A stretch of DNA of 64,000 nt from the NCBI GenBank assembly GCA_963749495.1, contig CAVVMW010000012.1, positions 32,001 through 96,000 of the forward strand, in the 5' to 3' direction. The stretch's first letter is position 1, and each line of letters begins with the position of its first letter. The notes under the pieces are model-generated. The model ran no database searches. It saw only the letters and a list, made by a program, of their open reading frames with translations, and was not told the DNA's origin. This DNA is from an uncultured bacterium (GTDB lineage Bacteria; Verrucomicrobiota; Verrucomicrobiia; Limisphaerales; UBA8199). Shown piece by piece: positions 52,087-61,597 of the stretch. The position numbers and the translations under genes were made by a program.

Positions 52087-53425
52087 GCCCCGAAACCGAC
52101 ATCATTGATGCAGAGGAGACTCTCGGCGAAGCTGACGAGCTGGAACAGAATCCGCCACGCGGTGAGACTGCGCTTGATGCCTACTTCGCCACGCTCGAAA
52201 GCCGTCCAAAGATCGCCCCCAAGCGCCAGGTCGAGATGGCGGCCGAATTGCGCGAAGAGATCGCCGCCTCCCGGGACATCCTCGATCAGATTCCCGGGAA
52301 AGTCATTCCACTGACCAGAGTGCTGCGACAAGTTTTGGAAGGGGAACGATTGGAGAATTTCCTGGTGCTGGCTGGCGAAAGAAGGGAAAAGTGCAGCGGA
52401 GCGGCTCCATTGACCGTTATGAGTTCTTCAGGGGCCTGGGCGAGCGGGCGGCTTTGAAGAACCCCCGGCTGGTGGATTGGAGCATCCGGCCCAACTTGAT
52501 CCTGGCCTGGAGCCGCGACTTCATCCGGATGCATGATGAGCTGCCGCAACGCCCTTGGATCAGCCGCATCATTCCATCCAGGCGGCGTTCGAGCGCCGAC
52601 CTGGCGCGCTGGGCCGAAGCGGTGAGGCAGGTCGAATCCGATACCGGCCTGCGAATCAATGAATTCGCACACTGCGTCCAACGCCTCAGACCCCATGCCG
52701 AGAAGGCCGACTCTCTCTTCACGGCCTTGACGGAGTGCAATCTCAAACTGGTGATCCACATTGCCAAGAGGTTCCAGAATCGCGGGCTGTCCCTGGGGGA
52801 TCTGATTCAGGAAGGCAACCTCGGCCTGATGAAGGGCATCGAGCGATTTGACCCGGAAAAGGGCTTCAACCTTTCAACTTACGTCGTCTGCTGGATCAAG
52901 CAGAGCGTCATGCGCGCGCTGGTGATGCAGGGCAACCTGGTGCGGTTCCCGCAGGCGATCCACGAGCTGCTGCGCGACATCGAGAAGCTCCGGGAAGCAG
53001 CGGTGAACGAGGGGAAACCGGAGCCGACCATGAGCGAGTTGGCCGAGAAGCTCAAGGCCTCCCCCGACAACATTGAAAGGGCGCTGTTCATGCACCGAGT
53101 CAGCAGCCTCCAACAACGGACCGGAGAACGCGCGCAAGACGCGCTCGAGCAGGCGCTGGTGGGCGACAATGGCATCGCCCTGGACGAAAGCGAAGCCCTC
53201 CGGGAGGCCATGGCGCAGCTGCTCAGGAACCTTGCGCCCAAGGAGAGACGGGTCCTGCGGCTTCGCTACGGCCTGTCCAGGGGATACGCCAGAACCATCG
53301 AAGAGGTTGCCGCCAGTCTCAAGCTCACCCGGGACAGGGTCCGCCAAATCGAAGCCAAAGCCATCGGCAAGATGCGTTCCGATCCGGCGATCCAGAGCCA
53401 AAAGTGCCGGTTCCTTGGGGTTTGA
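52083..53425 (+). CDS. RpoD-like sigma-70 factor (frameshift near 52390)
   Basis: Region 1.2-like ALDAYFATL, region 2 NLKLVIHIAKRF...DLIQEGNLGLMK.IERFDP.KGFNLSTYVVCWIKQ, region 4 TIEEVA...TRDRVRQIEAKAI. Confidence 0.9.
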
Positions 53426-53467
53426 GTCGCCGGCTGGAATGGCTCGGGCTTAGGGAGAGGGATGATT

Positions 53468-53692
53468 TTACGCGTCATCGCCCGCGGGGATTTCAGCGCG
53501 GCTCAGGTTCAACGGCCGTTTGAGGGCCTCCAGGTTGACGTGTCTTGCGAGGCAGAAGCCTTCGAAGCGTTCCCCAAGCGCGCGGGCACGGATCTGCGCC
53601 TTGCGACTGCGGATCTTCGCCTGGTGGATTCGTTTTAATCCACGGGACTGCTTGCGCTTTGCGCTCGGCCCCATGGACAGAACTCTGTCATG
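53468..53692 (-). CDS. Small basic hypothetical protein
   Basis: Arg/Lys-rich ORF in the gap; weak support. Confidence 0.35.
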   Translation of the reverse strand, partial: HDRVLSMGPSAKRKQSRGLKRIHQAKIRSRKAQIRARALGERFEGFCLARHVNLEALKRPLNLSRAEIPAGDDA

Positions 53693-54054
53693 CATTGGCG
53701 CTTTCTGCAATCTCCATTTCGTGGTTCAAGGCCGGAACGAGATTCTGGTAAACATGGAAAGCACGCTCCAGTAGGAGTTCGTCGGGTGCTTTGGCCGATA
53801 CCCTGCGGTGTGAAAACGGGAATCCGGGGTCAGATCACCGCAAGGCGTTGGCCATCGACTGCCTGCGCTGGCTTTTGGTGCTCTGGGCGGAGCCCCGCCC
53901 TGGGCCCCTTCTTCAGCCCGCGGACGCCCACTCCGACGGGCATCAGCGAGGTGAGGCCGTTGGGGAAAAGCATCGAGTGGGCCACCCCGGCGGGCGCGCA
54001 CGCCATCGAGACATTCCACCACCGACCCAAAGTTGAACCAGGGAACCTCGCCTT

Positions 54055-54330
54055 GGGAGACCAGATAGTCTTACCGTTCCTAAACTATAGCATTCTATTA
54101 CCGCGGCGGGTACTAGAATCCGGACTTGCCCTTGCGGGCGGTGGCCGGGCCGACCGAACAGCGTTGTCGGCTGGTGGAGGGATTTTCACCCTCGGGGGCG
54201 AGGCAATCTCTGTCGCGATGGGGGTCGCCCGGCGGCCGGATTGCCGCCGGATCCTCAGGGGATTGGGGTCCTGCGCCCCGGTCCCGCCCGCTACACCGAC
54301 AGCCCCCCTTCTTTCCCTTGAGCTGCCATC
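54055..54330 (-). ncRNA. Putative TnpB omega/reRNA scaffold plus flanking guide
   Basis: Run of hairpins overlapping the tnpB 3' end (CCGGCGGC/GCCGCCGG, GAGGG-tgaaaat-CCCTC, GCCGAC/GTCGGC, GCCC-gcaa-GGGC) up to the right end; 5' limit approximate. Confidence 0.55.
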
Positions 54331-55732
54331 CGTTGCCCGTGAGCTCCAGGCTCCGGCGGACCCGGGGCCATGGCGCCGATGCGTGCTTCCCCCCATCCAC
54401 TGGCGGGGGGAAGGCGGACATCAGCCGCCCGCTCACGTGCTCGGAGAATCCTAATCCTCGCCTGGCTATGGCGATGGCGGCGGCCTCGTCCTTGGAGCAG
54501 CCGTAGCCGTTGGCGAACTTGAATACGCCGATGGAGGTGGTGTCCCGCGGGTCCACCTCGATCACCTCGACGCCCAGGGATGCGGCGGTGCTCCGCAACA
54601 TCCGGTGGAAGAGCCCGTAGGCGAAGCTGGACAGCATGCGGTTGTAGCCCCTGCTCTTCCACTCGCGCTTCCTGGCCCTGAAGTCCAGCACCTCGACGAG
54701 GAGCGGGATCTTCAGCCGCTGCGCCATCAGCACGATCTCCTTGACCAAGGCGCCTACCTCCGCCTCGCACTGCTCGCTGCCCTTGCCGCGCAGGTCGTAG
54801 TCCAGCGTCGCCCAGAACAGCGGGTTGCCGTCGCGCGAGATGCGCCCCAGCGCCATGCTCGCGGGGTTGAAGTCTATGGCCAGGCCGCCGCTCTTGCGGT
54901 CGGTGACGATGGGGACGGGCATCTCCCGCGTGTCGGCGTGTACGTACCAGCCCTTCTCCTTGCGCACCCAGAGGTAGGAGATGGCCTGCCCCGTGGCCAG
55001 GGCGTGGTAGATCTGGTGGGCCTGGTGAGTGAACGCGACCTCGGTGGTAAGGTACTGGTCAGGGAACTCCTTGGGGAGCCTGAGCCTCAGCTTCCCCTTG
55101 AGCACCTGCCCGGCGTAGTCGTAGGAGTCCAAGGACAGAGTGCAGGACTGGTTGCCGCCGGTCTCGTTGCCGCTGCCCAGGCAGAAGAAGTGGTTGCTCC
55201 GGGCGTCTCTCCAGGCGTCCAGCCACTCGCCGCGGGAGGAGTACCCGTGGAGGTTCCAGTTGAACTGCTCGTGGAACAGTTTCCGGCTCCCGAAGCACAG
55301 CTTCGGGTGCGGCCTGGCCATGTCCTCCATCACCTCGTTCAGCTTGTGGCCCTGGGAGGCGATCCTCTGCCGGAACTGGTGGACCTTGAAGCGCGCCTGC
55401 TTGGCCTTCCACGGGATGCCGAACTTCCGCTCCTCCTTCTTCACCTTCTCCTTGTACCTCCTGATGGAATCCTCCAGGTCCTCCTTGCGGAGCTTGAGGT
55501 TGGCCAGGCGGCTTTCCTGCTTGCCGCCGAGGTCGAACCGGATGGCGTTGAACTGCCGCGCGGTCATGCGGCCCGTGGCCGTCACCTCCAGCCTCTTGAC
55601 CTTGGTGACGATGCCCTGCGCCTCCTCCAGCTCCTGCCAGATGCGCCTCTCCGCCTCGCCGTACCACTCCCCCACCCGGTCCAGGAGCGGGTACAGCTCC
55701 TTGTCCTTGATCTTGGCGCAGGTTGCCTTCAT
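54113..55732 (-). CDS. tnpB: TnpB RNA-guided nuclease (IS607-associated, no C-terminal zinc finger)
   Basis: RuvC-I LAIDFN, RuvC-II LVEVLDF, YNRMLSSFAY, VDPRDTT, RuvC-III KDEAAAIAIARRG. Confidence 0.9.
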   Translation of the reverse strand: MKATCAKIKDKELYPLLDRVGEWYGEAERRIWQELEEAQGIVTKVKRLEVTATGRMTARQFNAIRFDLGGKQESRLANLKLRKEDLEDSIRRYKEKVKKEERKFGIPWKAKQARFKVHQFRQRIASQGHKLNEVMEDMARPHPKLCFGSRKLFHEQFNWNLHGYSSRGEWLDAWRDARSNHFFCLGSGNETGGNQSCTLSLDSYDYAGQVLKGKLRLRLPKEFPDQYLTTEVAFTHQAHQIYHALATGQAISYLWVRKEKGWYVHADTREMPVPIVTDRKSGGLAIDFNPASMALGRISRDGNPLFWATLDYDLRGKGSEQCEAEVGALVKEIVLMAQRLKIPLLVEVLDFRARKREWKSRGYNRMLSSFAYGLFHRMLRSTAASLGVEVIEVDPRDTTSIGVFKFANGYGCSKDEAAAIAIARRGLGFSEHVSGRLMSAFPPPVDGGKHASAPWPRVRRSLELTGNGWQLKGKKGGCRCSGRDRGAGPQSPEDPAAIRPPGDPHRDRDCLAPEGENPSTSRQRCSVGPATARKGKSGF

Positions 55733-56304
55733 TGCTCCGCAGCAAGGGATTCCACGGCCCTCCTGGCCTTGTTGCGGGCGGAGCGTCTGCCGTATAGGCG
55801 AGCACAGAAAGAGGTGAGGACCTCGATCATGTCCTGCACCAGATCATCCTTGACCTCCGACCCGTCCATCACCGTCAGATGCCTGCCCTGAGCCAGCATG
55901 CCCGCCTCCACGTACTCGCTCCCGAAGCGCATGAGGCGGTCCCGGTGCTCCACGACGATCCGCTTGATCGAAGGATCTCCCAGCAGGCGCAGCAGCTTCG
56001 GCCGATGTCCGTTCAGCCCCGAGCCCACCTCGCTGACCGCCTGACAAACTGCCCAGCCATGCGCTTGAGAGAACTCCAGCAGGCGAGCCAGCTGGCGGTC
56101 CAGGTCCACCTTCTGATCCGAGCCCGATACGCGAGCATATAATGCAACCCTTTCGGGGCCTTGGGCCGTGTCCGTGGTTTCCTGCACGATGATTGTTCCC
56201 GTGGGGCTGCGAATGAACGGGACAGGCATGGTGCCGTTTTTCACCCAAAGCCACGCCGTGTGATATTTTATCCCTTGTTGCTTTGCCCACGCGCTCAGCT
56301 TCAT
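55729..56304 (-). CDS. tnpA: IS607 serine recombinase TnpA
   Basis: MKLSAWAKQQGI HTH, ALYARVS, DLDRQ, EVGSGLN, VEHRDRLMRFG, SFCARLYGRR. Confidence 0.95.
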   Translation of the reverse strand: MKLSAWAKQQGIKYHTAWLWVKNGTMPVPFIRSPTGTIIVQETTDTAQGPERVALYARVSGSDQKVDLDRQLARLLEFSQAHGWAVCQAVSEVGSGLNGHRPKLLRLLGDPSIKRIVVEHRDRLMRFGSEYVEAGMLAQGRHLTVMDGSEVKDDLVQDMIEVLTSFCARLYGRRSARNKARRAVESLAAEQ

Positions 56305-56532
56305 AAAACTATGCCATGTTAGACCATGGAATACTATGTTTTATTCAACTGTTCTCAACCCCACCGCGACCTGCCCTTCGCGCTCGACTGCGCCGCCTGC
56401 CGGGTCGTGGAGACCTCCGAAGGCAACTCCCGCTGGCCGCACTGGTGGCGCCCTCTGCGCCAGGGGCGACGCCGCCCGGCCCATCCTGGAGGTGCTCCGG
56501 GAAACAGAGGGCATGGTCCGCCAGCACCGGAA

Positions 56533-58542
56533 CTAGCCCCAGTTTACGAGTTGGTATAGCCCATTTCGCCTAAGCTCTTTTGGATCAGGCAGTTGCACAA
56601 GGAGCGACATATCCCCTAAACCCTCTGGGCGATTGCCTGCTCAGAAATATTGAGAAATATCGCAAACATAGCAATATTCCACTTGACATGAGCCTAGACT
56701 ATGCCCTAAATATTCGCAGCATCTCAACGCTGCACCATGCAACGGCTCGAAGCAAAACGCGTCAACGGCCGCACCTACTACTATTTCTCTCAGTGGGGCT
56801 GGAAAGAGGGCAAATGCCGCCGCCTCTCCCAACGTTACCTCGGTAAGGCCGAGGATATCGCCCAGGCAGTGCAAGGTGCCGGCCCCGCGCCGCAATACGC
56901 CAAGGTCCTGGACTGGGGCTTGCCGGTAGCTCTCTGGCAGGAGGCGCGCCGAGCCCAGATCGTCGAACTGGTCGATCAACTATGCCCTAAGCGAGACCAG
57001 GGCTTGGGCACCGGGGACTACATCCGCCTGGCCGCCATCAACCGCGCTTACGACCCCGTCAGCAAACAGGCGATGTGGGACTGGTTGTCGGGCACCTGCC
57101 TGCTCCGGCTCTGGCCCGAGGCCTCGGCTGCGCAACTGACCTCGCAGCGTTTCTGGGACCACATGGACCGGATCGAGCCGGCTAAGGCCCAGGCCATTTG
57201 GCAACAACTCATCGCCGGCGTCCTGCAGCGGGAGCAAATCCCCCTCTCGCAGGTTTGTTACGACGGCACCAACTTCTACACCTTCATCGACACCTTTAAT
57301 CTCAAATGCCAGGTCGCCAAACGGGGCAAGAACAAGCAAGGCCGCCGCAATCTGCGGCAAGTCAACTATGCGCTGTTCTGCTCGACCCAGGAGCACCTGC
57401 CGCTCTTTTACGAGGTCTACGAGGGCAACCGCAATGGCGTCAGCGAGTTTCCTGGGGTGTTGGAACAATTTGAACGCTGGGTGGTCCAACGCATGGGCTG
57501 CGCTGGGGCCTCGGTCAAACCGACGGTGGTCTTCGACAAAGGCAACAACTCCGAAGAGAACTTTGCCCTGCTCGACCGGTTGGAACTGCCCTACGTCGGC
57601 TCGCTCAAGCTGGACGAGCATCCCGAGTTGATGGTCATCTCCAACCGGGACGCGCGTTGGCAGGCGGCCACCGAACCGTGCTTGGAAGGCACCAAGAGTT
57701 GGCGCACCCAGCAGGTGGTTTACGGGAAGGAGCGCACGCTGGTCATGACCTACAACGAACACTTGTTCGCCACCCAGTGGGCCACCGTGCAGAATGATCT
57801 GGCCAAGGCGCTCAGGGAGTTGGCGACGCTACGCCAACAACTGCAAAACCGGGTGGCCGGCCTGGTTAAGGGCGGCCTCAAGCCGACGGTGGAGTCGGTC
57901 AAGCGCAAGTGCGAGCCGATCCTCCACCGGCAGCATCTGCGGCAATTGGTTCAAACCACCGTGACCCAGACGGCAGAGGGGGTGCCGCAGTTGGCGTATG
58001 AAGCCAGCGCAACGGCGCAAGAAAAGCTAACCGATACGTATCTGGGCAAAACGCTGCTGGTCACCGGGCATAAGCAATGGACCGACGCGCAGGTCATTCG
58101 CGCTTACCGGAGCCAATTTGTCATCGAGGAGATCTTCCACGAAATGAAAGACCGCCACATTGGTGCGTGGTGGCCTCTGCACCACTGGACGGACAGCAAA
58201 ATCCAAGTCCATGGGCTCTATTGCACCATAGCGGTACTGCTCCGTACTCTGGTATGGCGCCGAGTGCAACAGGCCGGCCTGCGCTTATCCATGGCCGGTC
58301 TATTGGAGAAACTGGGTCAAATTCAGGAGGTGATCAATGTTTACCCAGCCCGACGCCAAGGCCGTCCAGGCGCGGAGCAGTCGGTGCTAACCCAATGCGA
58401 TGAGGTCCAAAGGAAGCTGATCGACATACTCGGGCTGGAGAGCCCCAAATCGTCGTTTTAGGGCATAGACCCTCAAGTTGCTATCCATTGGCTAGCAGCA
58501 ACTTGCGAAGCACGCTTGAAATAACTCGTAAACTGGGGCTAG
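56533..58542 (+). mobile_element. IS1634-like element bounded by 16-bp perfect TIRs (CCCCAGTTTACGAGTT) plus CTAG on each side
   Basis: 56533-56552 is the exact reverse complement of 58523-58542; internal inverted CTATGCCCTAAA at 56699-56710 and 58457-58468. Confidence 0.85.
56737..58461 (+). CDS. IS1634-family DDE transposase
   Basis: CYDGTNFY, RGKNKQGR, YEGN, VVFDKG, YRSQFVIEEIFHEMK, PLHHWTDSKIQVH. Confidence 0.9.
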   Translation: MQRLEAKRVNGRTYYYFSQWGWKEGKCRRLSQRYLGKAEDIAQAVQGAGPAPQYAKVLDWGLPVALWQEARRAQIVELVDQLCPKRDQGLGTGDYIRLAAINRAYDPVSKQAMWDWLSGTCLLRLWPEASAAQLTSQRFWDHMDRIEPAKAQAIWQQLIAGVLQREQIPLSQVCYDGTNFYTFIDTFNLKCQVAKRGKNKQGRRNLRQVNYALFCSTQEHLPLFYEVYEGNRNGVSEFPGVLEQFERWVVQRMGCAGASVKPTVVFDKGNNSEENFALLDRLELPYVGSLKLDEHPELMVISNRDARWQAATEPCLEGTKSWRTQQVVYGKERTLVMTYNEHLFATQWATVQNDLAKALRELATLRQQLQNRVAGLVKGGLKPTVESVKRKCEPILHRQHLRQLVQTTVTQTAEGVPQLAYEASATAQEKLTDTYLGKTLLVTGHKQWTDAQVIRAYRSQFVIEEIFHEMKDRHIGAWWPLHHWTDSKIQVHGLYCTIAVLLRTLVWRRVQQAGLRLSMAGLLEKLGQIQEVINVYPARRQGRPGAEQSVLTQCDEVQRKLIDILGLESPKSSF

Positions 58543-58849
58543 GCTGAACCCAACAGCGGCCGGTACACCCCGCTGCACGCCGGCCGCCCTGAGCGCTAAG
58601 TTCCCGGCGGAGTGCCCAAGGCCCGACCCGTTCGCATCGCCTCGCTCCTGCGTGACGGTGCTCAGACCCGCCGGGCTGGCGCCACAGGTGATGTGCATCC
58701 CCATGCTGCCTTACTTGTGACGCTGTGTATAAGGCCGCCAAAACAAAGCCCGAAGAAGACTCGATCTCATGAGGACTCAGCCAACCAGCGGTGACGGCCG
58801 GGCGGAGTCCGGGCTGGACACCAATGCCCACGGGGGCTATATACGCCCC

Positions 58850-59008
58850 ATGAGAATTGGCCGAAGTAACCGCGATGGAATCACGAACGGGATGCCGGCG
58901 AAAAAGGCCCCGCCCGAATTGGTCCGGTCGATACCCGTCCTCGATTTGCCCGAGGTCCGAACGGCGGCCCCAACGCTCAAGAGCAATGAGTCAAAGCAGC
59001 CTCGATAG
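58850..59008 (+). CDS. Small hypothetical protein upstream of the nucleotidyltransferase
   Basis: 52-aa ORF overlapping the next gene; GCTATATAC just upstream. Confidence 0.3.
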   Translation: MRIGRSNRDGITNGMPAKKAPPELVRSIPVLDLPEVRTAAPTLKSNESKQPR

Positions 59009-59546
59009 AGCCGAGTGGATTGAGAAACTCATGGCCATAGACGAAAGTCTGGTGCGCCAGGGGGCCAGCGCGCATTTGATGATCATCGGGAGTGCGATCG
59101 GAATTCTTGCTGGCCAGCCCGAAAGGACGTCCATTGACCTGGATGTATGGAAACCAAAATCCCGCTATCAGTTGCAGGCACTGAAGCAGGCCGTCGAGGA
59201 GGCCGGACTGCTGTTCGACCCGAAATCCACGTTGGAGCCAGACACACCCTATCTTCAGCTTGTCGAACCCGGGGTGGCCGAGATTGGCAAATTTGAGGAA
59301 CCTGAAGTCCTTGAGCAATTCCAGGCACTGACACTCGAACGGCCACCCATTGCCAATGTGGTAGCCGCGAAACTGATTCGGGCCGAGGAAAAGGATTTGC
59401 AGGATATCGCTTTCCTGATGCAGAAATATCGGCCGTCTGTAGAAGACGTCCAGAATGCGATCAATTCCATGCCAAGAGGGACGCGCGAACGAGCAAGTGA
59501 AAACATGGTATATTTGAGAACCATGAATGGAACCGGATGCCCCTGA
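58986..59546 (+). CDS. Nucleotidyltransferase (DUF6036/AbiEii-like)
   Basis: MIIGSA...RTSIDLD and AAKLIRAEEKDLQDI match the G[GS]..., RxTxDxD, K...KDxxD pattern. Confidence 0.75.
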   Translation: MSQSSLDRAEWIEKLMAIDESLVRQGASAHLMIIGSAIGILAGQPERTSIDLDVWKPKSRYQLQALKQAVEEAGLLFDPKSTLEPDTPYLQLVEPGVAEIGKFEEPEVLEQFQALTLERPPIANVVAAKLIRAEEKDLQDIAFLMQKYRPSVEDVQNAINSMPRGTRERASENMVYLRTMNGTGCP

Positions 59547-59842
59547 CCCCACGTCAAAAAGACCTCGTCGCCCGGCACCTGCTTGCGCATCAAGCAGAAA
59601 TCCCGGCGTATCTCAAAGAGCGTCGATGGGAGGAACTGGCGGCTTTAGTCGAATTCGCGAACAACGACGCGCCACAATCATTGATCCCTACAGATCCGGC
59701 GCTTTACCAAATACTTCGCCAGCAGATCACGAAATATCGTCTGAGTGGCTGGTCGTGCCTTAACCTCAAGCGGTTGCGCGAACTTGCTGCGAACCAGGCA
59801 GAGTCTGTAGCAACGACCGCTCCCGTTCGAATATCACCTTGA
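59537..59842 (+). CDS. Small helical hypothetical protein
   Basis: Overlaps the nucleotidyltransferase stop; 101 aa. Confidence 0.6.
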   Translation: MPLTPRQKDLVARHLLAHQAEIPAYLKERRWEELAALVEFANNDAPQSLIPTDPALYQILRQQITKYRLSGWSCLNLKRLRELAANQAESVATTAPVRISP

Positions 59843-60103
59843 GTTGGCTCCGCAAAAACAGAGCCCCCACCTGCGGCTTTCGCCTTTTCCCCGCAAAATG
59901 GGCCAGCTCGTCGATGAAGTCCGGCCTCAGCCCGAGCGGCACCAGCAACTGGAGGATCTCGCGCGTCCGCTGGGCCACCGATGACACCGAACCCCCATCG
60001 AATCCGCCCGTGCCGCCCGCTGGGACATCTTCGGCGTCCGGTTGAGCGACAACCGCTTGGGAAACCAAACAAAGAGGCTCCGCCCAAGAAGCGCACACGC
60101 CGA

Positions 60104-60553
60104 ATGCTCAAGTGGTTGCACCGACCATCTTCCGCGCCGCCGCCCCAAAACCCGCCAAACGTCCGCCAGCGTTTGCAGGCGGCGCGGCAGCTTGTTCAGC
60201 AGCAGAAAGAAAGAAACGCGCCGCCCGAATTCTCAAAGAAACCGGCGCCACGCAGTTCCGGTCGAGAAATGCCTCCCCTCACCGCACCGGACGAGCCGAT
60301 TCCTTACCTTCCACCCCCTCGGCCACCCGGTCCACCGGCGTTGGCCGCTGCTTTGGAGTCAGTCCTTCAGGGCAGGAGGGTGAGCCCGGACATTTTCACC
60401 CAGCTCTACCGAGGCGGGTTCGTTTTCAAAGACCCGCACGGACAGTGGGCCATCACCGAAATGGGCAAGGAACTGATTGAACGAAACAAATTATTCACGC
60501 CAAGCCTCTGCCTGGTGGCTGGGGTCGAATGCGCCAGCGGCTGGAACAAGTGA
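60104..60553 (+). CDS. Hypothetical protein with wHTH-like C-terminus
   Basis: Pro-rich N-half, then QLYRGGFV...WAITEMGKELI. Confidence 0.5.
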   Translation: MLKWLHRPSSAPPPQNPPNVRQRLQAARQLVQQQKERNAPPEFSKKPAPRSSGREMPPLTAPDEPIPYLPPPRPPGPPALAAALESVLQGRRVSPDIFTQLYRGGFVFKDPHGQWAITEMGKELIERNKLFTPSLCLVAGVECASGWNK

Positions 60554-60643
60554 GATGGAGTGCGTGACGGCCGCAACTCGCCGCAAATCTGCACAATGGC
60601 GGCCGGAACTTAAATCTCAAGACGAAATCGGCAAAGAAAACGG

Positions 60644-61021
60644 TTAGTCGTCCTGGGTCCCAAACACGGAGAGGAAGCCGCCCGAGTAATACATCGAAAT
60701 CTGCCTGGAAGTCAGGTGTTCCGACGGGTAGAGCTTGTTGCCTCCCACCAATTGAGCGATGACGGAATCAACGCTGGGGTCCGAAAGCTGGCCCGAAACG
60801 GAATCCACGACGCAAAGGTTCGTGAGGATGCCGCCCTCCCACTGGAACCGCTCCACTGCGGCTGCAATCTCCCGGCTGTTGCAGTTGTTGCGCTGCTGAA
60901 TTGACTGGGTGCGGAGGACCACGATCCGAGGGATGACGATCGCCGCGAGGATGAAAATGACCGATACGACCGCCAGCACCTCGAGCAGAGTGAACGCGCG
61001 ATGTTGAATCCTTGATTTCAT
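60644..61021 (-). CDS. Type IV pilin-like protein
   Basis: HRA-FTLLEVLAVVSVIFILAAIVIP. Confidence 0.88.
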   Translation of the reverse strand: MKSRIQHRAFTLLEVLAVVSVIFILAAIVIPRIVVLRTQSIQQRNNCNSREIAAAVERFQWEGGILTNLCVVDSVSGQLSDPSVDSVIAQLVGGNKLYPSEHLTSRQISMYYSGGFLSVFGTQDD

Positions 61022-61073
61022 AAGCCCTTTCCGGCTCTTGGCGCGCCAAACTGGAAAACGCGCGCAAACGAAG

Positions 61074-61099
61074 AACCCTGGCGGTTGCCCGCCGGGGTT
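61074..61099 (-). terminator. Hairpin terminator/attenuator between the two pilins
   Basis: AACCCCGGCGG-gcaa-CCGCCAGGGTT then CTTCGTTT on the minus strand; the stem extends with GCGCGCAA. Confidence 0.65.
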
Positions 61100-61117
61100 T
61101 TGCGCGCTCCAGCCGCC

Positions 61118-61471
61118 TTACGGCGCTACCGTGAATCTCGGGAACGAACCGGTGATGGTCGGAGTCGGATTGGGCACCTCCGAGAGATAAGGGGCGCCGG
61201 ACATCCCGTTGGTAGCCGTGGTCAACACGGTATAGACGGAAGCCTGATCGGTCCCGTTGGCGGCCGTCAGCGCCCCTTCCACGGACGCGCGCTCGATCGC
61301 GCTCTGGACGATCTTGGCGTTCGATTGCGCGCGGGCATTGGTGGCCTGGCCGCGCAGGTCGCCGATGCGGGGCACGACGATCGCCACGAGGATCAGGATG
61401 ACGCTGACGACCGCGATGAGTTCAACCAGGGTGAAGCCCTTGGCCTTCCTGAGGAAGTTCTTCAGTTTCAT
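61118..61471 (-). CDS. Type IV pilin, probable major subunit
   Basis: MKLKNFLRKAKG-FTLVELIAVVSVILILVAIVVP; own promoter box and terminator; strong codon bias. Confidence 0.9.
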   Translation of the reverse strand: MKLKNFLRKAKGFTLVELIAVVSVILILVAIVVPRIGDLRGQATNARAQSNAKIVQSAIERASVEGALTAANGTDQASVYTVLTTATNGMSGAPYLSEVPNPTPTITGSFPRFTVAP

Positions 61472-61597
61472 ACGTGTTGTTTCTTGGTGTGGCCCCACCT
61501 TGCGCCCGCTGACATCCGCGCCGGGCAACATCTACACCAGCGCATCTCCTCCCGACAGGGAGCTTATGCCAGTCGTTCACTTGGCGGGCCGACAATA

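Larger units (their letters stand above)
54074..56360 (-). mobile_element. IS607-family insertion sequence (tnpA + tnpB)
   Basis: Serine recombinase plus TnpB; right end reads ...ATAGTTTAGGAACGG; GG core present at both junctions; the empty site restores a reading frame. Confidence 0.88.
53753..56536 (+). pseudogene. Hypothetical gene interrupted by IS607
   Basis: Excising the IS joins ...GDQIVL-P to HRDLPFALDC... in frame; further stops and shifts lie upstream. Confidence 0.4.

Noticed and set aside
54074..56360. IStron (group I intron fused to IS607)
   Set aside because: Only about 55 nt lie between the left end and the tnpA start, leaving no room for an intron core.
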